DNA of 64,000 nucleotides from Babesia bigemina (Eukaryota): NCBI RefSeq assembly GCF_000981445.1, contig NC_027218.1, positions 3,224,001 to 3,288,000 of the forward strand, read 5' to 3'. Shown piece by piece: positions 47,504 to 57,549 of this stretch (position 1 is its first letter; each line of letters starts with the position of its first letter). The notes under the pieces were generated by a model. It saw only the letters and a program-made list of their open reading frames with translations, ran no database searches and was not told where the DNA came from. The position numbers and the translations under genes were made by a program.

Positions 47504-48676
47504 TTGGTAACTATGGCGTGATAACTTGTTTGGCAATTAGCCACTTTAATTGTCATAGTGCATGTTGGTCGTTATGTTGGTTTGTGTCTCCAGTGGCATC
47601 ATAGGTTTTTGTTGAAATTACTGTAGTTGCAAATCCAATAGCACTTTTTAGTCTTTATAACTTCTGTGTAAAACATAATGGCTGGTTACTAGATTGAAAT
47701 GAAAATACGTCTCACTTCTTCGTTATACAGTTTCTCCTGTACAAACCGGGAAGGTGGGCTGCTACCATTTCCATGTATGGTCACAGATCCCAAAACAGAC
47801 AACGCGCTTATTACGTAGCAATGAGTAATACCTGGTGCTTAGCGATGAACGACACTTATTTCACCGATGTTGGTGAGCGACCACCACTAGACACCTTGCC
47901 GTATCGAACAATGGGTTGCGAAACAGACGCCTACTGCCTTAACTCATCGTCATGTGCTCACGGTAGACTATATAAGCTGCTATGTAATGTTGCAGTAAGT
48001 CACATTGGTAAATGCAAACCGCAACTGTATAGGTGTTACCCAACTCAGTGACAGCCCACAGATTGATGGGATGGGCAACAACAAAATCTCGAAATTTTTA
48101 TATTGAGATGTTAATTCGTAACACGATGGTAAACATGTTGCGAAGTGGCGAGTCGCCGAAGCAGGTGAACAGCTTTCGGGAAATCTCAGTTCAACAGGGG
48201 GTTCGACACCATCACGGTTGGGATTTGCAACTCATTGTAACATTGAGTGATACGGTATTAACAACAAAACGTTATGTGAGACGCTATGCATAGTATTGTC
48301 ATCATTTCTAATTTGAGAAAACAAAATAGCCTGCTGAAGTGAGACGCCGTTTTTTGGTAGCATAACATGCGTGCCGGATGACAGGTGGGGCCAATAATCC
48401 AGCAGCATCGCAATCATTTTAATGATCCATCATGAAGGCAGCATGAGCAGTGATTAAAACAGCGCGTCCATTATTTAGGGGTCTAAGAACCTCCAATACA
48501 TTTGCTCAGGCATATGTGAGGCAAGGTAAGCAATCTACATATACCCCCTATGGGACTGGTATCTCTGTACTGCATGACACGCGGCTGTCGTATGGCTGCC
48601 GGCAGACGGGGGTCGGTAGCTTGGCCCTGCGAAAACAGGTTGGCGGTTACAGCGGTAAGCATACGTGTTCATGTGA

Positions 48677-48877
48677 GTTGGTGAGTGCTGCTTGAGTGAT
48701 TGATATGTTCGCAGGTTGAGGGGACTGGGCGCGGCAGTGGTACGTGTTGTAGTTGGTGAGTGCTGCTTAGGTGATTGATATGTCTGCAGGTTGAGGGGAG
48801 TGGGCGCGGCAGTGGTACGTGTTGCAGTTGGTGAGTGCTTGCTAGGTGATTGATATGTTCGCAGGTTGAGGGGACTG
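48677..48877 (+). repeat. 75-bp tandem repeat (~2.7 copies), each unit an intron plus mini-exon
   Basis: GTTGGTGAGTGC...GTGATTGATATGT..GCAG|GTTGAGGGGA.TGGG units starting at 48677, 48752 and 48827. Confidence 0.9.
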
Positions 48878-48891
48878 GGAGCGGGGGGAAG

Positions 48892-49296
48892 ATGGTGACG
48901 GGGGAGAGGTATCTTGACAACCAGTGTAATACTAATTGTAATATCGCTACTTGTAGTTGCTGCCCCTGGTGTTGTGACAAATGTAATAGTAGAAGCAAGT
49001 GCAGTATATGTTCTGAGATAAATACACCGCTCAGAGAGCGAAAGGTATGCCGTCCTTCGGGATGTGGTGCTGGAGATTATACATGTACCAGCGAGGCTTG
49101 TGAATGTAACTGTTGTGAACAGAAACGCTCTACCTCCCGTGCTCAGCACCGGGTCTCCGGTCAACAGTCTACTACCGATTCTTCCCCCATCCCTTACATC
49201 ATCGTCCCCGTCGCCCTCATCATCGTCGTCATCTGCGTCATGATATACTTCCGCATCCGGCCGTTCCACAGGGTGCGGTATCTACTGCGCAGCTGA
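48892..49296 (+). CDS. small Cys-rich single-pass membrane protein (134 aa), paralog 1
   Basis: 17 Cys in the N-terminal ~77 aa, TM segment IPYIIVPVALIIVVICVMIYF, basic tail RIRPFHRVR. Confidence 0.75.
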   Translation: MVTGERYLDNQCNTNCNIATCSCCPWCCDKCNSRSKCSICSEINTPLRERKVCRPSGCGAGDYTCTSEACECNCCEQKRSTSRAQHRVSGQQSTTDSSPIPYIIVPVALIIVVICVMIYFRIRPFHRVRYLLRS

Positions 49297-49308
49297 TCGC
49301 AATAACCC

Positions 49309-49950
49309 AACTGGCAACTGACATCTAATGCTGTAGACAAAGTAACGATTGCGTTGGTGAGCAAGCACATGAGCAGTAAAGGAACTACTTCCCCCCAAGC
49401 CATCGCCGCCGCCATCGTTGCCATCATCTTCGCCATCATCCTGCTCGACCTGTGCATCTTCCGCTTCCCGGTGGGCCGCAACATCCGCGATTTCCTCGTA
49501 CGCAAGATACCCTTCTGCATCGCGTTCTACAGCTGATCTCAGCAATTTGTTAACGCAAACATCGTAATCCAAATTCCACCGATCACCTAACTGCCAACTG
49601 ACATCTAATGTTGTAGACAGTAATGATTGCGTTGATGATCAATCGTAGGAGCGATGATATAACTACTTCCCCCCCCCCTCAAGCCCCGAAACCATCGCCG
49701 CCGTCATCGTTGCCATCATCGTCGCCATCATCCTGCTCGACCTGTGCATCTTCCGCTTTCCGGTGGGCCGCAACATCCGCGATTTCCTCGTACGCAAGAT
49801 ACCCTTCTGCATCGCGTTTTACAGCTGATCTCAGCAATTTGCTAGCGCAAACATCGTAATCCATATTCCACAGATACCCTAACTGGCAACTGACATCTAA
49901 TATGCTAGACAATATAATGATCGCGTTGATGATAAATCACATGAGCAGTG
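49309..49950 (+). repeat. ~280-292-bp tandem duplication (2 full copies + 1 partial) carrying a TM/cytoplasmic-tail coding segment
   Basis: AACTG(G/C)CAACTGACATCTAAT at 49309, 49589 and 49881; two copies encode ..AIILLDLCIFRFPVGRNIRDFLVRKIPFCIAFYS* (stops at 49536 and 49828). Confidence 0.9.
49369..49536 (+). CDS. 55-aa TM micro-ORF or orphan ves-like tail fragment
   Basis: MSSKGTTSPQAIAAAIVAIIFAIILLDLCIFRFPVGRNIRDFLVRKIPFCIAFYS*; GC-rich codons in AT-rich surroundings. Confidence 0.45.
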   Translation: MSSKGTTSPQAIAAAIVAIIFAIILLDLCIFRFPVGRNIRDFLVRKIPFCIAFYS

Positions 49951-50554
49951 AGGTGACCAAGCACTTGACCAGAGTGATGACCTAAACGTCAACCTTAATT
50001 TCGTCAATGCGTTGTCACGTTGGATACTTGTGAGAGGTGGCTACGTCATCTCACTGTGAAGCTGAGTAATTGGCCACCTAAGTAGTCAGCTTCTGAGTGC
50101 CATGCTAAATGAATAATTGTGTAATTGCAGCGTTACTATTTGAGATGCCAGCAATAGGATCCACCGAGTTGTGACGTGATGGCCAATGGATGGCGAGGTT
50201 GTGACATTGATGGTAACAGTGCAAATGAGAAACACGATAACTAAGTAATGTGGTTCACTTAGGCACTTATCATGATACCAATGCAACAGCAGTCTTAAGC
50301 AGTCGCAACGTCGGATTTTCTGTGATGGATAGAGTTGGCTGCCCAGCTGGCACCGGTTTACCTGCATGACATGGCCAGGATACCTTTCACATGCCTTGAT
50401 TGGGTACTACTTCAGTTGTGATAGCTGCATAGTAGTGATATAACCGGCGGTGCGTTAGATGGCGGCCATCTGGTTGCTACCGTAGCGCCGGTGGATGACG
50501 GTCAGTGTGCTAGGCTGATGTACGTGGTTCATGGTTTTGTAGGTTGAGGGGAGG

Positions 50555-50929
50555 ATGTCAGAGGCATGTAAGTGTGACCATGGCTGTGCACCAGGTGATT
50601 GTAAATGCTGTATTTTGTGTTGTGAAGGATGTAGTGGTGACGATGACGGGTGTGAACAATGTTTGGCGGGTATACGTGGGTCCATGATGAGTTTGCCATG
50701 TAGGCCTGAATACTGTCAGAAAGCATGTAAAATAAAAAATGGCCGTTGTGAGTGTGGTTGTTGTGATGGCGAAAATATAGACCATGTAGTCATCGTCTCG
50801 CTGCCCATCATCGTCTTCATCCTCTTCCTCCTCGCCGTATGCATTATGAGCTTCTTTCGCATTCGGCCGTTCCACAAGGTCCGCGATTTCTGCACCGGCA
50901 GAATGAATAGTTTCCATCGCAATCATTAA
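50555..50929 (+). CDS. small Cys-rich single-pass membrane protein (124 aa), paralog 2
   Basis: 18 Cys in 70 aa with the same spacing as paralog 1 (CxCCxxCCxxC...CxxC...CRPxxC...CECxCC), TM segment, tail FRIRPFHKVR. Confidence 0.75.
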   Translation: MSEACKCDHGCAPGDCKCCILCCEGCSGDDDGCEQCLAGIRGSMMSLPCRPEYCQKACKIKNGRCECGCCDGENIDHVVIVSLPIIVFILFLLAVCIMSFFRIRPFHKVRDFCTGRMNSFHRNH

Positions 50930-51735
50930 TAAACTCGAAGATGTGAATTATCGCACATGGTTCACAGTATTGTAGATAAACAGAACAATGCATGTCTAAT
51001 GACGTTTAATCAAATGTTTCATAATGGTACATCGCCCGCTATTACGCTGTATTGTCACGGATGGCATGGTTATATGGCATCAAATGATCATTGACAACAT
51101 AAACGGTATCGACCGGGGTAATCTTTTGTACGCACTCGTCGGCCGCTTCCACACTATTCACCTATGCTCGCACAGAATATCGTCCCTCCACCTGCGATAT
51201 GATCTCGGCCGTTATGTTAGTCATCACCGTAACCATGCCCAAACCCACCACCTTGATGTTGACCTTTACGTGGACGACGCCACTGCCTAATTCACCCAGC
51301 CCACCTGACAGCAAACACTTACCACAGCACGTAACGTCCACCAAAATGTCCGTCTTAACCGCTCCATCAACATCCACAATCCTTGTTGACAACGCCCCTC
51401 TCCCACCTTGCTCCACCGTTTCACTCCAGCAAGGCTGCCTTGGCTTGTCGCCTTCCCTCCTCTGGTGAGTGGTGTGTCTATAGGATTCTTGTGATGGTTC
51501 ATGGATTTATGATGATGGTTTAGGTGTGTCATTGTTTTAATATGATGCGTATTGTTGTCACTCTACGTCTTACTTCATAACCCTTTCACTCAGCACACTT
51601 AGTTGTCTGCCGTGCTGCATTAAGAGGTGTCACCCTGGAGGTGTGATCACTCCAGTGTTTCCCAGTTCACATAGTCCTGGAGGCTAGACGTGGTGTTTTG
51701 TTAGAGTGGGTTAGTGGGTGTTTGAAGTGGAAGAG

Positions 51736-54700
51736 ATGGCGAGTGGCAAGGGTCCTGAATTCAAGACTCTTAAAGAGTGTTTGGAATTCTTGGAGTGGTT
51801 GTATACTAACAAACAAGGACAACCACTGCAAAGCAGCATTGCCAATCGACTGTATAGGCTTATTAAAGATAGATATATCGGTGTTAATCAAGGTAACATT
51901 GAAAAAGCGCTCTCCACTTTCCTTAGCAGAGTATCTAACTTTCATAAAAAATTGTGCAAAAATGCTCGCGGTCATTATCTTGGAAATAAAAGCCCTAAAG
52001 ATGTACTCTACGCTCTACTAGAATCTATTCCCAAATTACTCTCCGCGATATACTTTTTGCGGTACAAAGTTGACGCTAATTTCAAGGCGCTTGGTGGAGG
52101 AGGGTGGACAGAAAACCAGGTTGGTTATGGTAAACGTATGAGAAGTCCAATTGATGCATATATTACTGCAAAAGCCAACGAAAGAAAATACGGTGTCATT
52201 TCCGGTGGATTTGATGAGATCGAGTTGAAAATGGGTCATCAGAGTGGCTATTCGCAGGGTTCCAATATGGTAAATGACCTTAGAATGATTTTGGACAAAC
52301 ATTTCAGCGGCTACAATTATTTTCTCGATGTGTTCGCTACATCGGTTTTTGGTAAGCATGGCTCCGATATGTCTAACGTCGCGAACGCTCTTCGTTTGGT
52401 GCAAGACTTTTGTGGGATTTTTGAAAAAGTGACAGGTGAGGAAGATTTCAAAAATAACTTACAAGCTAGGTATCATTGCATTTCTTGGCAAGACTTACAA
52501 CAACATTGCAGCAAACTAAAAAAGTCCCTTGAAAAAATTTTTAAGGGAAACCGATTTTCTTTCACCGGGTATGCGCGGGAACCTCAAGTCCTTTCCACGG
52601 AAAACATCGCCAAGAAAATGGCTAAGTGGTTTAAAAACCATTTGGGGGGAGTTATAGAAAAATTGAATGATATTCAGGCTTTCGACACCAAAAGGCTTCC
52701 GTTAAATAGCAGATTATTTCGGAACACTGCTGTACTGCCTCCCAAATATCCTGAAGCCTTTACGGCATATTTCACCAAGAACTTTATTCCCTACGGATTC
52801 ACATTCTATCATAACCAGTATAAAGTGGAGAGCACGCCGTATCAGGTTTTGTTTGACAATTGGAATGGTGCCATCCATGAGCTCAAAAACACAAGTGACG
52901 GCTTGGATGAGCTTCTTAAAATATTGAACGGCAAACAGTGTGCAAGTAGACAAAAGGTTAAGAAAACTGAGAAGAAACCTATGACTAAGCCCGACGCTGA
53001 GCTCGAGAGTGATACGGGGCACGAGAATAAGCCTAAACCTGACGCTGAGACTGGGACCGAGCCTGAGACTGAACCTGAGCTTGAAGATGATAATGAGCTT
53101 GAGGATGATCTTGACTCTGAAATTGATTCTGATGAAGAATTAATGAATCAGCCGTCCGATGAAGAGGATGCATCCATAAACGAATCTGAAGCCACCAAAA
53201 CCGAGGCCGCCAAGCCCGTGGTCACCAAAAATGAAGCAACTCCGAACCAGGGCAAGAAAGCGGAGGGAGCACAGAACCAGGGCAAGAAAGCGGAGGGAGC
53301 ACAGAACCAAGGCAAGAAAGCTGAGGGAGCACAGAACCAAGGCAAGAAAGCTGAGGGAGCACAGAACCAAGGCAAGAAAGCTGAGGGAACGACAAATCAA
53401 CCGGGTGGTCAAAGTGACGGAAATGGTTCAAGTGCAGGCACTCCTTCACCTGGTGACCCTGTTCCCAGTAGTGGTCAGGATCTGGGTGGTCAGGGGTCTG
53501 CTTCTGGGCGTGCTCAACAAAGTAGTCAGGAGCCTCATACCGGTACAGGTGACAGTACTCCAATAGGCGGTGTAAATAATAGAGAGGGCCCAGTTAGTAA
53601 GGATAAGTCGGATGAGGATGTGAAACGTGAACAGCGTGTTAGGCAGTATTCAGAAAGACAGGAGCAGAGAAGAAAGCAAGCAGAACAAAAGATGGCAGCC
53701 ATGTTACAAAGAGTTACGGATGAAAAGAAACAGAACGAAGAGGTAATACGTAAACATCAGGAGGCCGATATGGAGCGTCAACGTCAATGGCAGCAGTTAC
53801 AAGGCTCTGACGTACCGCTTCTTACCGGTATCCTGATTGAAGAACCTCCTGATTTGGTATTGGACGGAGAGATCGTAAAAAATGACAATGATGCGAGGCT
53901 GCAAGACCAGATGAATTTATTGGAGTATAATAATGGAAGTTACGAAAATTCGCTTCGTGTAGAAACACAACGAGAGATAGATGAGCTGAGGCGAATAATG
54001 ACAAGATCAGAACAGCTTAGAGAAGCTGCAGAACACGAATGGAAAAGTGAACAGCAGATTCTAAGCAGCTATGTGACTGGTAAAGCCATAAAGAACGATA
54101 ATGGCATATCGGCTGGTGAGTTTACTTCTTTATTTCCCGATATTGGTGTTCCTAGGGTCTACACGATAAAGAGGCCCAAGGCTCCGAATACATCTCAGCA
54201 GTTACATCAGCCTCCGGCGCATACATCGCCACCCATGTCAAAGCATGGGTACCAAACAGGGGTTGGCGTAAACCATAAGTTGTCACCTATTTCCTATATT
54301 CATCCCTCACCTATCACTGCGAATTCAGATGATATAGCAATGCCAGGGATTGCGGGGGTGTCGATTACCGACACTTCACTTTCCTCAACCATAATCGATG
54401 ATCTCCCTATATCTTCGCAAAACGACCCATCGTTCCAAACAATGGTGGGTTTAAAAGGGAATATCATTCCGAATCCTAAACGACGTGCTTCATTGCCACC
54501 GCTTCCATCCTTGAAACCTCCTGATCAGGTATCGAACACTCCATCTAAACTGACCGTCAACATTCCTGTTGACGGTCAGATGATTGGGAAAATGTTGAAT
54601 GTTGCCGGTGTTGCAATTAAAACTCCTTCATCTCAACTTATTGGAGATAGTAATTTGGCCACGTCTGCCATACAGGAACCCAAAGGCCAACCTATCATCC

Positions 54701-56811
54701 ACACTATATTGGAAAATCTTGCACCACCCTACCAGACAATGCGTTTAACAGGGAAGGATGTCGCAGACCCAAACATAAAAGATTCCCGCTTTCCTGACAT
54801 CCCAAACTTAATATCAGTTAGACCTGCAGTATCGCATTCCTCCAATCCTACACAAGACGAAAGGGACTTAAATGTTCCACATGTATCCGGCAATGCGATT
54901 GAATTTCCTCCAGATACTTTAGCAGCCGGCAATACACCAGCAGTGTTAGCAGACTCGGACGCATCCGTTGTAGAACCCATGGAAACTTACAATCCAGCTG
55001 AAGTACCGGACTTGGAGTCCAAAACATTGCCTGAAACCGTCGCATTTGATGATCACATCATGGGGAATATGACAAGTTTCACCGGTACCGTTTTGACAGA
55101 GCCATCAAAGATGAAGCGTAAGAATATGGTTTCACTCCCCTCGCCACTAATGCCATATATAAGTGGCACTACGGTCAAAGAAAACTATATAGACTCGCCC
55201 ATATCACCGCATTCCGTAGAATATTTACATCCAGCGAGACCGCCACCCATAGATGTAGAGATCGTTCGCCCTCCTGCACATCAAACAAATTCTAATAAAC
55301 TACATACAAGTACCGTTACACCGAAATCTCGTGATCTGCGCTTCCAATTGCCGGAGATAATTCCATTGTATCGCGGTTCTCAATCGTCACAAAATTCAAA
55401 AATTCCCGATGTAGAGCTGATACCCGTACCTCCGCCTGATGATAAACTTCAAATCAGCGTGCAGCCAAAACGGGAGAACGTGGATTTGACAGAGCAAGAT
55501 ATATACGGAGTTGACTTGTCTGAAACGTTTGACGTCGACGTCCGCAAACCTGCGCCGCCTGCCATCATCGTTCCTGATATACCCAGTCAGTATAGCCGTG
55601 CTTTGTTTGCTCCTGATTTACGCGTTGAAATAACTAAACCTTCAGAACCATTTCAGGCTACAGTGATGGACATGGACCCTTTCATGGACGGCAGCAACGT
55701 CGAAGTATCACAACCAACTGGCAAACAGAATTCGGATCCGACGGCAGCTGATGTATATGGAAAGGAACAATACGACGTTGATCTCCAGATCCACGTCCCC
55801 GACCGTACAATCCAAGACGATTCTTATGACGTAAACATAGATGAGCCTCCCCCCCTCCAAGAACTTCAACCCCTGAACCCAATAGACCCAGCCACCACCG
55901 CCATCTCTCTCAGCATAGACCCACTCGATCCTCCGGAGTCTCTCCCAAACAGGTACGTGGATCCATATACGCACGATGCGCAATCTGTCAGTATGTGCAC
56001 TGCCCCGTGGATGACTCAGGCAGAAACGGGAGACTCCACCGACATCCCCGAGACTGAGCTGTTCCCTTCGCGGGCCCCTCGCACTGTCCGGGATATGCTT
56101 CAGTGGCTGGCAGGGCTTAGGAACGAACAGCATCATAACACGCTGGAAAAGTGCATTGCCAAGGCATTTAGTGGCCCGCATAGTGACCCTTCACAGCTTG
56201 CACTATCCATCAACCACACCAACATCAGGCCCAAAGATGTCTTCGACATACTCCAGCTTACCGCCATGTTTACAGGCTCAGTGCTCAATTCAATCGCACC
56301 TAAGTGGAAAGCAAATGTGTCATCTAGAACTGTGAAGCCCAAGTTGTCCAATCAATCCGATGAGCCTGATTGTTGCGCCCTCCTCTGCCAGCTGCTTGAC
56401 TACGTCTACGCCTGCCACCACCAGTTGCAGTTCCTGAAGGCGCAGTGTAAGCGGGAGAAGTCACATGGTGGTTGGCAAAATTATAATTATGGAAATGCTG
56501 TTTCCCCCTCTGACTCTCCCCTCCAGGCGTTCCTGACTGAAGGCTGGGACTCTGCCTTCGATACTCACCTCTTCGACCCCTGCAACCTGTGCCACAAGAG
56601 CCGCGTCAGGATGGGATTCAAAAAGGAGGATTTGGCTAAGACATCGCAACAAGGCAACACCCTTGCCACCATCCTCACTCCCAGCTGCGGCGGCAGTGAC
56701 CCCTTGCTGACCTTGTGCTCCTACCTCAACTGCCTCACCAGAAGGACGCCGCGCACCACCGGGGAGCTTGTCTCGTACTTCCACAATTTTGGCCATTCGA
56801 TTTATAACTAA
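51736..56811 (+). CDS. ves-like variant antigen family protein, C-terminally truncated
   Basis: N-terminal FKTLKECLEFLEWL domain, long low-complexity middle, ves-like C-terminal block PRTVRDMLQWLAGL...QLQFLKAQC...GW...SPLQAFLT...MGF...TPRTTGELVSYFHNFG; no TM before the stop. Confidence 0.8.
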   Translation: MASGKGPEFKTLKECLEFLEWLYTNKQGQPLQSSIANRLYRLIKDRYIGVNQGNIEKALSTFLSRVSNFHKKLCKNARGHYLGNKSPKDVLYALLESIPKLLSAIYFLRYKVDANFKALGGGGWTENQVGYGKRMRSPIDAYITAKANERKYGVISGGFDEIELKMGHQSGYSQGSNMVNDLRMILDKHFSGYNYFLDVFATSVFGKHGSDMSNVANALRLVQDFCGIFEKVTGEEDFKNNLQARYHCISWQDLQQHCSKLKKSLEKIFKGNRFSFTGYAREPQVLSTENIAKKMAKWFKNHLGGVIEKLNDIQAFDTKRLPLNSRLFRNTAVLPPKYPEAFTAYFTKNFIPYGFTFYHNQYKVESTPYQVLFDNWNGAIHELKNTSDGLDELLKILNGKQCASRQKVKKTEKKPMTKPDAELESDTGHENKPKPDAETGTEPETEPELEDDNELEDDLDSEIDSDEELMNQPSDEEDASINESEATKTEAAKPVVTKNEATPNQGKKAEGAQNQGKKAEGAQNQGKKAEGAQNQGKKAEGAQNQGKKAEGTTNQPGGQSDGNGSSAGTPSPGDPVPSSGQDLGGQGSASGRAQQSSQEPHTGTGDSTPIGGVNNREGPVSKDKSDEDVKREQRVRQYSERQEQRRKQAEQKMAAMLQRVTDEKKQNEEVIRKHQEADMERQRQWQQLQGSDVPLLTGILIEEPPDLVLDGEIVKNDNDARLQDQMNLLEYNNGSYENSLRVETQREIDELRRIMTRSEQLREAAEHEWKSEQQILSSYVTGKAIKNDNGISAGEFTSLFPDIGVPRVYTIKRPKAPNTSQQLHQPPAHTSPPMSKHGYQTGVGVNHKLSPISYIHPSPITANSDDIAMPGIAGVSITDTSLSSTIIDDLPISSQNDPSFQTMVGLKGNIIPNPKRRASLPPLPSLKPPDQVSNTPSKLTVNIPVDGQMIGKMLNVAGVAIKTPSSQLIGDSNLATSAIQEPKGQPIIHTILENLAPPYQTMRLTGKDVADPNIKDSRFPDIPNLISVRPAVSHSSNPTQDERDLNVPHVSGNAIEFPPDTLAAGNTPAVLADSDASVVEPMETYNPAEVPDLESKTLPETVAFDDHIMGNMTSFTGTVLTEPSKMKRKNMVSLPSPLMPYISGTTVKENYIDSPISPHSVEYLHPARPPPIDVEIVRPPAHQTNSNKLHTSTVTPKSRDLRFQLPEIIPLYRGSQSSQNSKIPDVELIPVPPPDDKLQISVQPKRENVDLTEQDIYGVDLSETFDVDVRKPAPPAIIVPDIPSQYSRALFAPDLRVEITKPSEPFQATVMDMDPFMDGSNVEVSQPTGKQNSDPTAADVYGKEQYDVDLQIHVPDRTIQDDSYDVNIDEPPPLQELQPLNPIDPATTAISLSIDPLDPPESLPNRYVDPYTHDAQSVSMCTAPWMTQAETGDSTDIPETELFPSRAPRTVRDMLQWLAGLRNEQHHNTLEKCIAKAFSGPHSDPSQLALSINHTNIRPKDVFDILQLTAMFTGSVLNSIAPKWKANVSSRTVKPKLSNQSDEPDCCALLCQLLDYVYACHHQLQFLKAQCKREKSHGGWQNYNYGNAVSPSDSPLQAFLTEGWDSAFDTHLFDPCNLCHKSRVRMGFKKEDLAKTSQQGNTLATILTPSCGGSDPLLTLCSYLNCLTRRTPRTTGELVSYFHNFGHSIYN
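53245..53400 (+). repeat. 30-bp coding tandem repeat x5 (NQGKKAEGAQ)
   Basis: AACCARGGCAAGAAAGCKGAGGGAGCACAG units at 53245, 53275, 53305 and 53335, plus a variant fifth unit at 53365. Confidence 0.97.
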
Positions 56812-57549
56812 TCTTCAAAGTTGGCCGTGCTCGGCGTCACCATCACAAAGCGACATGATTAACTGTCTAATTCATTACATGGCGAAGTTGATGCGTTAGG
56901 ATGTTCGTTGGTTGGGATGTGGAGATCTAGATTACTAATAAAATGCGCCAACGTTCCCATCGTTTTACCAATCAGCGACGCTGGGTGGATTGCCATACAC
57001 CTCTAGAGCTGACGATTGCCATTTAAGGTGAGGTTGTGAGTCATCTATTAGGCCGACTAATGCCACATCAGTAATTTTGTACCTAGATTTGCGATCTATA
57101 GAGGCGTGTATATAAGTGAGATAATGGGCTGTGCTTTCACATGAACGTGATAAACACGGGAAGCCGCAGGCTCTGTAATATACTACCCACAACCGCAGGT
57201 AACTCTTCCAACTTTGATGCGTCTTTGCAAATAAACTACCGCTTATAGTTCTAATATATTCTATTTTCATTTGAAGGATGGACACCCAATGGCATGCGTT
57301 GTGGATACTGCATGCCACATCAAAGTTACGAATCTGGCTGCTGTGGGCACCTGTGTCGTCGCAACATCGCCGTTTGTCTAATTGCTGTAGAGCACACTTT
57401 GGATGTTCCCCTTGGTCTTCTAGGTGTTAGGTGTTGAAAGCACCTCTGTTTATCGTAGATTAAGAGAGCTGTTTAAGCGTACGACACATAAATAGATCGG
57501 ACATTTCACATACCTATACCAATCGCCTATTTTGACGGATCTTCCCAAA

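Noticed and set aside
48535..49269. 244-aa minus-strand ORF with repeats
   Set aside because: Antisense read of the 75-bp repeat and the Cys-rich TM gene; splice signals and the paralog support the + strand.
50555..50929. Metallothionein
   Set aside because: Cys density is similar, but the TM segment, the shared FRIRPFH tail and the ves-island context favour a membrane antigen.
51736..56811. True RRBP1 (ribosome-binding protein 1) ortholog
   Set aside because: Only the ~50-aa repeat resembles RRBP1; there is no N-terminal TM, and the rest of the protein is ves-like.
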